A stretch of DNA of 64,000 bases from Octopus sinensis (Eukaryota): positions 37,634,001-37,698,000 of the forward strand of contig NC_043005.1 of assembly GCF_006345805.1 (NCBI RefSeq), in the 5' to 3' direction. The notes below the pieces were generated by a model, which worked only from the letters and a program-made list of their open reading frames with translations, had not been told where the DNA came from and did no database searches. Each line of letters begins with the position of its first letter. The first letter of the stretch is position 1. Below are positions 1 through 13,250 of this stretch, one piece after another. The position numbers and the translations under genes were made by a program.

Positions 1-84
1 CTGTGAATACTGATACACATTAAAATTCTATCTTTCTTTTTCACTCTCTCACTTACTCTAACTAAATATCACACACACACATTC

Positions 85-111
85 AGATAGATAGATAGAT
101 AGATAGATAGG

Positions 112-151
<40 letters not shown>

Positions 152-203
152 CAAATAGATAGATAGATAGTTAGATAGATAGATAGTTAGATAGATAGAT
201 AGT

Positions 204-258
<55 letters not shown>
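85..258. repeat. (GATA)n tetranucleotide microsatellite
   Basis: Directly visible run of agat units with a few interruptions. Confidence 0.97.
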
Positions 259-259
<1 letters not shown>

Positions 260-496
260 GCTTTTATTTGTTTCAGTGCCTTAAAATGTATTAATTGAAC
301 AAATCAACCAGCAATTACGTTTTATGCGAGTACTTGTGGCAGTCTCTTTTGCCAAACTTCTAAGTAATGGCGATATAAACAAAGTGTGGAGAGGGGTTGA
401 CAAGCAGAGACACAAACATACACACAAACACACATATACATATACACATACATACATTCACACACACATACACACATACACTTTCACACACACTTG

Positions 497-1105
497 CGTG
501 GTGTAATAACTGAAGTTTCAAGATTTCTTCAGGAGAGACATTTATTTAATTTCAAAGAAGTACAAAATTCTAATCTTCTTTAAACTAGGCTCCTCTCACT
601 TCAGTGCACTTGTTGCACTACTCCAGCCACTTTGTGAGGGTCTCATGGCTGTCCTCCAAAGAGCACCCTAAGATCCTTATCACAGCTTCCTTCATCTTCT
701 CAATGCCTTTAAATGACTGTCTCTGAGGTCCTGCTCCAGCTTGGAGAACAACCAAAAGTCACAGAGAGCAGGGTCCAAATTATAAGGAAGGTGAAGGATA
801 GTTTTGATGCCCATCTCTGTCAAGTAGTTGGTTACCAGGATGAAACTGTCGACTGGTGCATCATCCTGGATCAGGTGTCACTGACTTGAGAGGAAGAGCT
901 CTGGTCTTTCACAATGGAATCTGTATCTGGACTCTCTCAGTACCTCCACAAAGTAATGTCCTTGTTGACTGTCTGGAATTCCGTGGATGTAGATAATAAC
1001 CCAGCAGTCAGAAAAGGGGATCCTCATAAGCTTGCTGATGGATTTGCTTTGCATGACCTCTTGTGCCAGCAAAAAACAGATGCTCAGCTTATACAAGTTA
1101 ATCCA
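497..1105 (-). mobile_element. Mariner-family (DD34D) transposase remnant, internally deleted
   Basis: Minus-strand translation gives ASVFCWHKR (HTH region), then SKSISKLMRIPFSDCWVIIYIHGIP..GHYFVEVLRESRYRFHCERPELFLSSQ*HLIQDDAPVDSFILVTNYLTEMGIKTILHLPYNLDPALCDFWLFSKLEQDLR. This matches mariner HxDNAPxH and PYSPDLAPxDFxLF motifs. Stops and frameshifts are present. Confidence 0.9.
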
Positions 1106-1109
1106 TAAG

Positions 1110-1152
1110 CATCCCATGTCTTTTTGGGTCTCCCTCTTCTGCAGGTGCCATC
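1110..1152 (-). mobile_element. Short RTE-LINE C-terminal fragment
   Basis: Translates to DGTCRRGRPKKTWD, matching the RTE ORF C-terminal GxRxRGRPxKxWxD motif. Confidence 0.55.
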
Positions 1153-2519
1153 AAAATATATTTCATATTTTATATAAACAAGGATGGGGTTCCAGCATGA
1201 CCCCCAGCTTTTGGCTGAAACCAATACAATAATGAACATAGAACACTCACATACAATACCCAAAGTTTTCCAGCAAATCACAATTATGAGTTTATCTGAT
1301 TTCTAATTGGCAGTTAACACTTGTTCCACCAATCATCAGCTTTTGAGTGAAGCCCTTGAAAATAGAACCTCATTTTCCTTGCTATAATTTACCCTGTATA
1401 GATCTAAGTTAATGTTCTTCCTATAATGGCTTCATACAACAACTGATGAACTGTGACATGTGAGTTAATTGCCTCTTTGAAATCAGATAACTTTGTAGCT
1501 ATGGCTTACCAGGAAACTCTGAGTACTGTCTAATATATCAGATATATACATGTGTGTATATGTGTGTATGTTTGTGTGGATATGTGTGTGTGTATATACA
1601 TATATACACACACATACTCTGTATGTTCATTCATATGCCAAACCTGGGGAACTAATTTGTTTAGTTTTGAGTCTCCCAAAAATGACACAAGTTCATATAT
1701 TCCCATGCATATGTACAAATATGCATACATGCATAAATACATACATGCATAAATACATTCATGCATATATACTTGCATTAATGCATACCAAATATATACA
1801 TGCACAGATTCATACATATATGCATGTGTTTGTGTGTGCCTGCTTATATATGCATAACTTTTTTATCTCAAATTTAGAAATATAAACCTGGTGTAATAAT
1901 TTCTAAAGATTTTAGAATCCAATAAAATCTTATGTATTTGTATGTCTGTGTGTGTATGTATATATATATATACACACATATTCATGTATATATATATATA
2001 TATATACATACACATACACTTATGTTAATGTGTCTATGTTAATATTATCCTCTAAAGATTTGTGTCTAAAACATTTTCATGCTTGGAGTATATTTTGTCT
2101 GACTGGAGAATGATATTTCAGCAAGTGGTGCAACTGACAATATAACAACTGGTTTTGAGTTTATTGAGTCTCTTCATTGTTACATGCCACCATTCCATGG
2201 TATGCCAGGGGGATATCATGGAGCTACTAATAAATGATGTGTTGGACAGTTGCTGGTGTGAATCTGACAAAGATTTATGGAACAAATTACGTACAATTCC
2301 ATACATATGGTAATCAAATAACTCTGAATATATTAAAACATTCTAATTCTTTCACATATTAAGCTATTTCTATAGCATTCTGTGTGAAGTAGTTTGGCTT
2401 AGCTAGAGTTTTCTCACCTATTTCTTGTATCCTGAGGGGTTGGCATTTAAAACTGAGACTGGCTTCTGAAATTTTAGATTTTAAATGCCAGTCTTTTGCA
2501 AAAGTATATTTATGACATT

Positions 2520-2765
2520 ATCATCATCATCATCATCATCGTCATCTTCATTATCATATCATCGTGCCTTCATCATCATTCTAACATCTCTTTCTCCATG
2601 CTTGCATGGATTAAACGAAGCTCAATGAAGCAGACTTTCTACAGTCAGATTCCTTTCCTATCACCAACTCTCGTTTATTTTCAAGCAAGGTAATATTTCT
2701 CCATAGCTAAATTGGAAATGAATGATGGTTACTTATCACATGATATCAAAACAAGGCAACACATG

Positions 2766-2796
<31 letters not shown>

Positions 2797-2948
2797 ATGC
2801 TTCTTTGCGTTTCCATCAACCATGTCCACTCACAAGGCATTGGTTAGCATGGGGTTATAATAGAAGACACTTATCCAAGTGCCCTGCAGTGAGACTGAAC
2901 TCAAAACCACTTGGATGGTAAGCAAGCTTCTAAACCTCAGCCATACCA
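2520..2948 (-). mobile_element. tRNA-headed SINE (head A) with RTE-type (GAT)n 3' module
   Basis: The reverse complement of head A at ~2790-2948 (cacaaggc..gaagacactt..ccaagtg) is joined through (CA)n to a tail ending in (cat)n at ~2520-2700. Confidence 0.7.
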
Positions 2949-3119
2949 GTATCTGTCAACAGGTGTAAATTTTAAACCTGGGTTACACTTGTTTATGTCA
3001 TGCTTAATCATGACCTAAACAAGTGCTGTTATTGTCATATGGCAAGGAAATTGTTTTATATCTAGTTTTATATGGTTTGTCCAGAGACTGAATGACTGAT
3101 TTTATGAGAAGTAGGAACT

Positions 3120-3600
3120 TCAACCATGTTTTGTGGTCTGCTACCACAACAGCTCCTTCATAGGATCCAGTTAGCTCAAGACATCATCAGGAGGAACCAT
3201 GTCCGGTTTCGGCCCCTACTCCTCTACCATTTTGATGTGGTGCCCCCCCCCCCAGTTTCAGAGGTATCTTCAGCTCTGGTTGAGTACATGTCTTCTTTCT
3301 CCTTCTTTCTTCTGTTCCCTGGCCTCTTCGATGTAGTGTCAAGGAGTATCAACGGGCAACTGACTGTCTTGTCAAATTTCCCTTTAAATACCTGCTGCTA
3401 GGCTCCAGCAGGCAGCCCCAGAAAGTTGTCACGTGGCACTGTCTCAACTTTAACTGACCAATGGAGGGTGCTTAGTCTTAGCCCATGCATTCTCTAAACG
3501 AGGCCTGTCAATTTGAGATGCTACTTCAGTGTCAGCCTGTCTTACATAGTGATGTTATTTTCCTGCTGGCATGTTATGACTTTCAAGCCATTTTTGGTCT
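3120..3600 (-). mobile_element. Possible LTR-retrotransposon LTR remnant
   Basis: GC-elevated island with a TATTTAAA box on the minus strand and TGGTAGCAGA (3137-3146, minus), resembling a tRNA-iMet primer-binding site. No second LTR or pol sequence seen. Confidence 0.3.
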
Positions 3601-4904
3601 TCCCACTTCAGCCATATAGAGAAGCTGATAAGATATAGTATAACCACAAACATAGTAAAGATGTTATAGTAATGAGTTCACTGTATACAGAGCTCAGGTG
3701 TCTATGATTTTTTTGGAAGAGGGTAAATGGAAGAACAAAAAACAGCTTTAAGTCAAGTAAAGAAAGGCAACAGTAAATGTTAGAAGTACATGTACTCTAT
3801 ATAGGATAAAACACAAAAAGACAAAAAACAAATATTAACAGTAAAAGAGCCTTGAAGAGGAAAGGGTGTATAGCTATACTGGGAGTAGTGTTGCCAAATT
3901 TCAAGAAGCATGGCATTGTTAAAGAATGCACACTGCGTTTTTTTTTATTTTACAAGCTTGTCTATAGGTGGTAGGGATATTTTTACTATTAATCAAATAA
4001 TTATTGTCAACAAAAAAAAGATTCAGTAGAGTTGAAGTTAAGGTTCTTTATTATAGTTATGTCTTAAGATCTTGACTAAACTCCATTATATCATTATGTT
4101 GTAACCTTTGGTATGTCTCTTAATTTTCTTGGCTTCGTTATGTTTGACTGATGATGAATTCCATTCTCCGTTCATGGAAATACAGTTAGCAAGAAAAACA
4201 ATCATTCAAGAATACATAAATATCTATTTATTATTATTTTTTTTTAAATTAAAACATCTCATCCATTCTTATATGAATAATACATTTAAAATGGGTCAAA
4301 ATAAATATTTGCATTTTGCATAAGTATGAAAGATTAATCAAACTTTATTATATGTTCATTGTTGGTTGAAGATGGATGCAAGTAAGTTTGGTCTGAACCA
4401 GATAATTGAATAATCAAAGTATAATTTTCTGTTGAAGCAAAATATTATTTGTTCAAACTTGGTCGAAAAATTTAGATAACAAATAGCGATTTTTGGTAAT
4501 GTGTGTCCATAGTTATTCAATATACTATTGTATCATTAGTTAATAAAACTAAAACAGGAAGACAAACTTTTATTCCAGAAAAGCTTTTTAAACAAAGATA
4601 AAAGTGAATGAAAGATGAGTTAAAATTCCATCCTTTCACTATTTTAGATGCAGTAAATTTTACAGCAGTAAAAAAACTAAAAAAATTAATACTGATAATT
4701 GTCAGCATAATTAATCTGGAATTTTCTCATATTGAATACTTAACTAAAAAAGAATCTCAAAAACAAGGAGTAAATGTAAAGAAATGTAAAGAAAGGGTAA
4801 CTTTTGGCTTATAATTATTATTATTTTTTTTTTCTTGTTAACTATTCAAACTATTTAATGTCTAAGATCAGAACCATCTACATATGTAAGAGTAACTGTG
4901 TGTC

Positions 4905-5135
4905 TGTGTGTGCACGTTCTTATCCAGCACAGCATCTTAACCTCTTCTTCTGATCCTTTGTTACATCCTTCACAAGGCTCAACTTGTTCACCACTTCCGA
5001 CTCTGGCTTCCTTAGCCTCATGTTCCTTCCATTTGAATCACATGGCACTTCTTTACCAAACTGACATCTTCTATATACATCTCCAATCTCTGCAAGCTCA
5101 ATCTTCTCTCTTACCATACCACACCACACCTAAAT
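4905..5135 (-). mobile_element. RTE LINE 3' coding remnant
   Basis: Minus strand reads MEGT*G*GS..EVVNKLSLVKDVTKDQ..AVLDK across frameshifts. This is a decayed form of the RTE C-terminus (VEGxRGRGRP..WxEVV..LGL..TxDR..W..AV). Confidence 0.65.
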
Positions 5136-5264
5136 CTTGTTAAATCAAATTTTCTCTCAACTTATTTGTGCTCCTTTATTCATGCACTCTAGCATTATAC
5201 ACCTATATTATAATTTATCAGGAATAATGAAATTTGGTAGTGGTGGTGGTGGTTTGTCACACAA

Positions 5265-5309
<45 letters not shown>

Positions 5310-6480
5310 CAATTAAGGACAACTACTTAATAAGGAAAACTTAACAAGAAATTGTCAGGTAGATAGCGTAAAAACCTCATAAGAGAAAAAATTTTGAAAA
5401 TAATTATTTCTTATTGAACATATTAATTTATATATAGAGGGCATTATACATACATGCCAGAAGGCATTATACATACATGCCAAACGCTAAAGTGTGTGAG
5501 AGTGCACATAAATATAGTGACTTTTTTAAAAATCATAATTTGGGTTCCTGTAGAGATTATATTTAGATCTATGAAAAATAACTTTGAAAACTATTTGAAG
5601 AACCAGCTCTGGTTCCATTGTTTTGCTTGTGTAAGGATGCAGCAATATAAGCAGAATATATGTGAAAGTATGATCAAGAGAAAGAAGAGAGAAGTATGTG
5701 AGATAAGATGAAACAAAATCTATTTCTGTATTGTATTTTAAAGAATGATATATATTACACAATGATATATCGATAGAAATAAGTTGTGCTCTTATGTATG
5801 CAAGTATGCTTGTGTGTGTTTGCATATGTGTGGGTATGTATGTGTGCACACACATGTATTTTCGTATGTACAAATGTATGTATGAATATATGTATATATG
5901 CATGTATGTAAGTACAAATGTATGTCTGTGCATTTATGTGTGTGTTTGCTTGCACATGTGTGTGTGTGTTTGCACATGTGCTTATGTATATGAAAGCATG
6001 TAAGTGTGTGTACACCAATGTTTCTATGTGTATATATTTGTGTGTGTTTTATTTAACTTTTTTTTTATTCCTTTAAATTGTAAACTTTAATATGATTTAT
6101 GCTATTTATGTGGGCCATGTTTCCAATATGTAAATGTGACAGTTAAAACTAAGATCAATAGTGCTATTTAGCTTTGATCTGCATACTTGCTAATCAACTG
6201 GTATTGTACACCCTGTATGAATGCATATGCGTATGCATGTGCTTGCATAAGTTTGGCTATATACATACATGCACACACACACACACACTCATATGGATTT
6301 TTGATCTTCATACACAGGATAAATTTCCTTTCATATATACATATATCTACCTGAGTATGCAAACATATGGATACAATCAGGTATACTTGGAGACATGTAC
6401 ATTTACATATGAATACATATAGATATTTATAAGTATACACACATGCACACCGATACATTAACTGTACAGCCATGCCTGAC

Positions 6481-6920
6481 AGAGGAATGACTGTATGATT
6501 AAGAAATTCACTTTGCAACCAGAGTTTTAGGTTCAGTTCCACTGTGTAACACCTTTCTAGAACTTTTAATTGACCAAAGTTTGTGAGTAGATTTGGTTGA
6601 CAGAAACTGAAACAAGCCTATCATGTATACATAAATGTATGTGTATGAATTCTGCTTATGTATATATGTATATGTATTTGTGTGCATCAGCATGATGTCA
6701 CCATCTGTAACTGTTCTATCAACATTGAACATTTGTTGACTATTCTTATCAACAGATTATTTGTTAGATTTGTATTTTTGAATTTCTGAGCAATAAAAAC
6801 ATCCTTTGCTCATAAAATAGATAAATGTTGGTGATTGGAAGGGCATCTAGTTATAAAAATCCTGCCTCAAGAACCTCTCTATTTAACACATGATGGCATG
6901 GGAATATGAACTTTTAATGA
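6481..6920 (+). mobile_element. Decayed SINE, head A plus RTE-type tail
   Basis: Head-A motifs (ggttcagttccactg, gaccaaagtttgtgagtagatttgg) followed by ggtgattggaagggcatctag at ~6830. Confidence 0.6.
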
Positions 6921-7074
6921 AATATTTATATATAAGACAAATTTTTTTCATGTTCGTTGCACATACGCATCTTTGCTAGTATATACGCAGTGAAGCTATA
7001 CAATAGCGTCGTATTTATTACAATTGCTATTTTCCAGTAAATATCGGTGCCTCGTTGTACCATTTATTTACTTT

Positions 7075-7124
<50 letters not shown>

Positions 7125-7220
7125 AAGATAGACAGACACTCATACACATATACATGCATGTTTGTGTGTATGCATATATCTATAAATACACCACCAGTTG
7201 TAAGGTATAACTGTTCATAC

Positions 7221-7329
7221 CTGAAGATCACAGTGGTATAAAGCTTGAGTCACAAGACAAACTTTCAGTTTTGGTTTCAATAAAAATGCCATTTTCTCTA
7301 CATGTATTGTGCCCACATCTCTTGTTTCT
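7221..7329 (-). CDS. Candidate internal coding exon (109 nt), product unknown
   Basis: Minus strand: acceptor tcatttatttcag|, donor cag|gtatga, and one open frame (x)ETRDVGTIHVEKMAFLLKPKLKVCLVTQALYHCDLQ. No family recognised. Confidence 0.35.
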
Positions 7330-7704
7330 CTGAAATAAATGAATGAATGTATGTGTGTGTTTGTGTGTGCGTATGTTTATGTATGTGCATGTGTGTGTAT
7401 GTGTAAGTATCTGTATAGTTACGTATGAATATGGAAGCCTTAAAAAATACATTTCTCAATCTCTCCTATATACACATGGAAAATTGTATGCATACATATA
7501 TTCATACCTACACACACACATTCATGCATACACATGTGCTCAAATATTCATGAGTGTGCCTGTGTATGTACTGTCAATCGCAAAAGCATATACTAAGTTC
7601 ATTCTGTTTATCAATGGCTTATGTTCAACAAATTATTTGCCATTTCATGGCACAGTAATAAATGACTGAAATTCTTGAAAAATGAAGTAAAAAGCATTGA
7701 AGTA

Positions 7705-8253
7705 CTTTCGGTTTCCATCAGCCAAATCCATCATAAGGGTTTGTTCAGCCTGAGGCTACAATAGAAGACACTTGCCTAAGATGCTATCCAATGGAAGTGA
7801 ATCTAGAACCATGTGATCAAGAAACAGACTTCTTACCACACAGCCACACCTTTTGCACCTACACACACATATGTATACTCCTTTACTCTTTCACTCTTTT
7901 ATTTACTTCAGTCATTTGACTCTGGTCATACTGGAGCACCACCTTTAGTCAAACAAATCGATCCCAGATCTTATTCTTTGTAAACCTAGTACTTATTCTA
8001 TCAGTTTCTTTTGTCGAGCTGCTAAGTTATGGGGATGTAAACACACCAGCACCAGTTGTCAAGCAATGGTGGGGGGGGCGTGACATATATGCGATGGGCT
8101 TCTTTCAGTTTCCATCTATCAAATCTACTCACAAGGCTTTGGTCAGCCCGAGGCTAAAGGACAAGACACTTACTCAAGGTGCATGCAGTGGGACTGAACC
8201 CGGAATCATGTGGTTGGTAAGCAAGCTATTTGCCACACAGTTACTCCTGCACC
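7705..8253 (-). mobile_element. Two head-A SINE copies (partial 7705-7858, near full-length 7876-8253)
   Basis: Reverse complement of the 11414-11838 element, including the tactcttttacttgtttcagtcatttgac tail and the actcctgcacc head. Confidence 0.9.
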
Positions 8254-8278
8254 TATATATATATATATATATATATAT

Positions 8279-8625
8279 CATCATCATCGTTCAACGTCCG
8301 TTTTCCGCACTAGCACGGGTTGGACAGTTCGACCGGAGTCTGGGGAGTCGGGGGCTGCCCCAGGCTCCAGTCTGATCTGGCAGTGTTTCTACAGCTGGAT
8401 GCCCTTCCTAACGCCAACCACTCCGCGAGTGTAGTGGGTGCTTTTTACGTGCCACCTGCACAGGTGCCAGAGGGGTCTGGCATTGGCCATGATTGGTTGG
8501 TGCTTTTTTATGTGCCACCAGCACAGAAGCCAGTCAAGGTGGTGCTGGCATCGGCCACGTTCAGATGGTGCTTTTTATGTGCCACTGGCACAGAAGCCAG
8601 TCGGGGCAGTGCTGGCATCAGCCAT
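8279..8625 (-). mobile_element. RTE-type 3' module with three internal ~60-68 bp tandem units
   Basis: Minus strand ends ggttggcgttaggaagggcatccagctgtagaaac...ggacgttgaacgatgatgatga. The unit ggtgctttttaYgtgccac.. is repeated three times at ~8437, ~8500 and ~8567. Confidence 0.85.
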
Positions 8626-9531
8626 ATATATATATACGTATATATATGTAGACAAATAAATAGATAGATACAAATGTTCTTTACCCTCATGCACAGACGA
8701 ATTTTTACAAATTGTGATTATTCATGAATTTTCTTCGAGGAATTTGTAAAGTATGTCATGTTCTTAAAGGATTAAAGGATAAAAATCTGGGTCACTCAGT
8801 TCAGTGAGAGCTTAATACAAAAGTTGTCAGTGCACATATTAGTATACATGAATGTGCGTGCACCAAAAATTGTGTATGCTTGCATTTCTGTGTGTGAAGG
8901 TTGGGAGTTCGTGCATGCATGCAGGAAGTTTGAAAATGCTACTTATGTTACAAATAAACGAGTTTAAAGTTTAGTTTTCAAGAACACAAGTTGAAATTTC
9001 TTTGGTTTGTGATAGGTTAGGAATATAACTTCTACAATTATATCAACTCCAATATCTTCATATTTTTTAGACTACATTTTAAATGAAAAATGCTAAGTGT
9101 TGCCTAAATAAAATCTGAAATTTTAATGTGTGTGTAAGTGAGGTAAGCTATAGTTATGTAATATATGAACATTATATATGTGAGTTTGGAGAAGCACACA
9201 GTCTCATACACATACATATATCTGTGCCGTATATATGCATAAGTTTAATTATACACACACGTACACATGCATATATACATATTTTTATATATGTATGGAT
9301 ATATTTTGTTATATATTTTTTATGTGTGTATGTGTACATATGTGCATTTGATATGTGTATATGTATGTATACATGCGTTCATACACACAAGCACATGGCC
9401 CTACAACATTGGAAGTAATGCAAGCTGAGAGTTTTGTATTTCAATGTGATGTTGAATATATGCATATGTGTGTGTGTGTGCATACATACATACATATATA
9501 TATATACATATATATACACATATATATATAT

Positions 9532-9577
<46 letters not shown>

Positions 9578-10576
9578 TATATATATATATATATATATAT
9601 ATAGATATATATAACTATAGACAGTTATAGATATACCCATGTAAATATACAGATGTATGGTTTCATAGAAAATTTAATACATATCATCATGATTTTTGAG
9701 AGAGAGACACACCAGCAATTGAAACTTCTATTGTTCTATTCTTACTGAAAAAAGATTACACGTCTCTCAACTTATATGAGTTGTGATTTCAATCTCTAAT
9801 TACAACCTATTTTTCTCCATGATAAATTATATCTCTGAAACTATCAAAAAATTATTCTTTTTATTGTCAGGTCATCTTTGTATTTTTTTATTGTTTTATC
9901 ATACCTTTTCTTTCCATTTCTTCATTTTTTCATTTTTTTTTCTACTTTTTCCTCCCAGTCATATTGACTTTATTTTATTATTTTTTTTTCTTATCCGACT
10001 CTTGGATTCAATCAAAATATTTTAAGAAAAGTTTGAATTATTACAGAAAAAAGTATAAAAATATTGAATTCAAAACAAGTTTTCTTCCATAGATATTCAT
10101 TTATCTATTTATTTGTTAAGTTTTTCTTCTGTGAATGAAAACTTGTTTGTGAATGTGCTATTATGTGATATGAAATGGAGACAGCAAAATGGTTGAATGT
10201 TTCAGTAAAGGTGTTGTCAATATTTAGTGTGGCACCAAGTTTCAGCTTTAACACTTATATTTCATGTAAAGGCTGTGAGCTAGCAAAAGCATTAGTGCAT
10301 TGCACAAAATGTTTAGCAGAAATTTTTTCCAGCTCTTTACATTCTGAGTTCAGATGCAGCTAAGCTCAACTGTTGCCTTTCATCCTTTTTGGGTTGATAA
10401 AATAAAGTACAAGTTGAGTACTGGGGTTGATGTTGATGTAATCAACTAGACCCTCTCCAAATGTTGGTTTTTTTACCAAGATTATATTCCATATAAACTC
10501 TGCCTCGTGAAGCTACATTAGAGTCCTAATCAGAACAAATTAAGATATCTTTGAGATATCTAAACAGAGACATTAA

Positions 10577-10797
10577 CTCTTAAGCATTTAAACCAACCAT
10601 AACCAGCCCGAATATCTTCCATGTTTTATGTTCAAACTAACCAGATCTGGCCGTTTTCATCTACTCTAAAATGTCATTCTAAAAATATAAAAGTACATCA
10701 TCAAAATCTCAAAGCCCTGATTTAGTGTTTGATTAATTCGAAACAATGTGAATAAAAAAAACATTATATTTGATAAAGTAATATGAAAGCTAAAGAG
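10577..10797. mobile_element. piggyBac-like MITE (TTAA-flanked)
   Basis: TTAA at 10573-10576 and 10798-10801, with imperfect terminal inverted repeats ctcttaagcatt / aaagctaaagag and no coding capacity. A second, inverted copy lies at ~31383-31600. Confidence 0.65.
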
Positions 10798-10809
10798 TTA
10801 AACATACGT

Positions 10810-10978
10810 AGGCACAGGAGTGGCTGGCTGTGTGGTAAGTAGCTTGCTTACCAACCACAGGGCCCCTGGGTTCAGTCCCACTGCATGGCACCTTGGGAAA
10901 ATGTCATCTCCTGTAGCCTCAGGTCAACCAAAGCATTGTGAGTGGATTTGGTAGATGGAAACTGAAAGAAGCCCATTG

Positions 10979-11015
<37 letters not shown>

Positions 11016-11286
11016 TGCTAGTGCTGCTGGACTAACTCCTGTGCAGAGGTGACACATGAAAAGCACCATTTGAGCATGGCCATTGCCAGTACTGCCTGAC
11101 TTGCCTTCATGCCGGTGGCACATAAAAGCATCCACTACTCTTTTGGAGTAGTTAGCATTAGGAAGGGCATCCAGCTGTAGAAACTCTGCCAGATCAGACT
11201 GGAGTCTGGTGCAGCCATCTGGTTTGCCAGACCTCAGTCAAATCGTCCAACCCATGCTAGCATGGAAAGCAGACATTAAACGATGA
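10810..11286 (+). mobile_element. SINE head A + (TA)/(TG)n + RTE-type tail
   Basis: ggagtggc..gtggtaagtagcttgcttaccaaccac..ggttcagtccc head, then ggaagggcatccagctgtagaaac..ccaacccatgctagcatggaaagcagacattaaacgatga. Confidence 0.85.
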
Positions 11287-11413
11287 AAATAAGTACTAAG
11301 GTCAATTACTTCAGCTAAAATTCCTTGAGGCAGTACCCCAGTATGACCACCAGAGCCTAATGACTGAAACAAATAAAAGATAAAAAAATAAAAGATAAAA
11401 AAATAAAAGATAA

Positions 11414-11584
11414 GGTGCAGGAGTGGCTGTGTGGTAAGTAGCTTACTTACAAACCACATGGTTCCGGGTTCAGTCCCACTGCATGGCATCTTGGGCAAGT
11501 GTCTTCTGCTATAGCCCCGGGCTGACCAATGCTTTGTGAGTGGATTTGGTAGATGGAAACTGAAAGAAGCCTGTCGTATATATG

Positions 11585-11627
<43 letters not shown>

Positions 11628-11838
11628 TTGTGTGTCTGTGTTTCTTCCCCTAGCATTGCTTGACAACCGATGCTGGTGTGTTTACGTTCCCATCACTTAG
11701 CGGTTCAGCAAAAGAGACCGATAGAATAAGTACTGCACTTACAAAGAATAAGTCCCGGGGTCCATTTGCTCGACTAAAGGCAGTGCTCCAGCATGGCCAC
11801 AGTCAAATGACTGAAACAAGTATAAGAGTAAAAGAGTA
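11414..11838 (+). mobile_element. Full-length tRNA-derived SINE, head A with tail 1
   Basis: A-box-like gtggctgtgtggtaag, B-box-like ggttcagtccc, central (TA)/(TG)n, and 3' gcagtgctccagcatggccacagtcaaatgactgaaacaag..aaaagagta. Many copies occur in the window. Confidence 0.93.
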
Positions 11839-12407
11839 ATGCCAAATAAGTACTGCCGAAATGGTTTTGCCAAAGTGTCTCATATGACAGTATTGGTACC
11901 TAATCAGAATTCTTTAACATTGGCATTTCTTCATTACCCAACCAGTATCTTTCGAATTATGCTCTCATCATTCTTACACCAGAACCTGTTTTAAACAGTG
12001 TTTCGCAGATACATTCAGTCTGTACTTACTTATGTTGCTCAATGTGTTTTGCTATCAGTATGTCCATGTTAAAATTACTTATGTTCGTGAAAAAGGTAAT
12101 TATAAACGAACTATATTTGTATCTCATTTGTGTTTTTCCACATCTACATGTCTCTCTCTGTATTTGCTTCTTTGCTTGACAGCTGCTCTTACTCTCTTCT
12201 CATACGCACAAAAAGACATCATTTTATATAAATATATAATATTCATGTGTGTGTGTGTGTGCATGCACATACATATATATATATATGTATACACATACAC
12301 AGAAACATGTATATATATGTACATATATATATACATATATACATACATATGTATAGATACATATATGTATGTATCATCATCATCGTCATATATATGTATG
12401 TATGTAT

Positions 12408-12472
<65 letters not shown>

Positions 12473-12879
12473 ATATATATATATATATATTATATATATA
12501 TATATATATGCATGCACATACACTCACTCACACACATGTAGGTGATTCAAGCTTATTACCAATATATTATGAACTTCTTTCTGAACAGAGGTAGGAGCAA
12601 ATTAAGTGACACTATTTTAAATATTTTGTTGTCTCTACAAAAATGATTTCCAAAACAATAAAAAAACACATTAATAAACAGCTAAAAAAGATATTCCCAA
12701 ATTATGTTTCATTGTAAGTGTTGTAGATATATTTCCTGTTTCAATACCTATTACACTGAAATATTCTAAAATATTTCTTGTTTGACATCTCACTTGCATT
12801 TTTATCTACCATGCCAACATTAGGCTTGACGTAACGTTGTGAAATAAATTCAAATGGTTTTGAAGAAATGACGTTTGAT

Positions 12880-13250
12880 TATGGAAAGGGAAAAGTGTCA
12901 TTATCAACATCATCATCCCCACTGTTGTCATCATAATGATCGTCATCTTGAACATCATCACAATCATTATTATCATTATCACCACAATCATCATCATCAT
13001 CATCACAACCCTTACTACCACCACCATTGCTCACTATTATCATTATCATCATCTCAACACCATCATCCTCATCATCATCACCACTACCATCTCCCCCAAC
13101 ATCACCACCACCATCATCACCACCACTATCATCACTACCATCATCCCTGCCAACATCATTACCAACATCATCCCCACTACCACTGCAACAGCCACCACCT
13201 CCACCATAACTATGACCACCACCACTACCACCAATTCAATATCTCTTGTC
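12880..13250. repeat. Degenerate (CAT/CAC)n trinucleotide tract
   Basis: Directly visible. It produces the His-rich, Thr/Ile-rich and Pro/Ser-rich ORFs in the track. Confidence 0.9.

Noticed and set aside
11905-12113. Exon candidates on either strand ([12 protein letters not shown] on +, [12 protein letters not shown] and [15 protein letters not shown] on -)
   Set aside because: The plus-strand acceptor lacks a pyrimidine tract, the minus-strand model needs a 44-nt intron, and no protein is recognisable.
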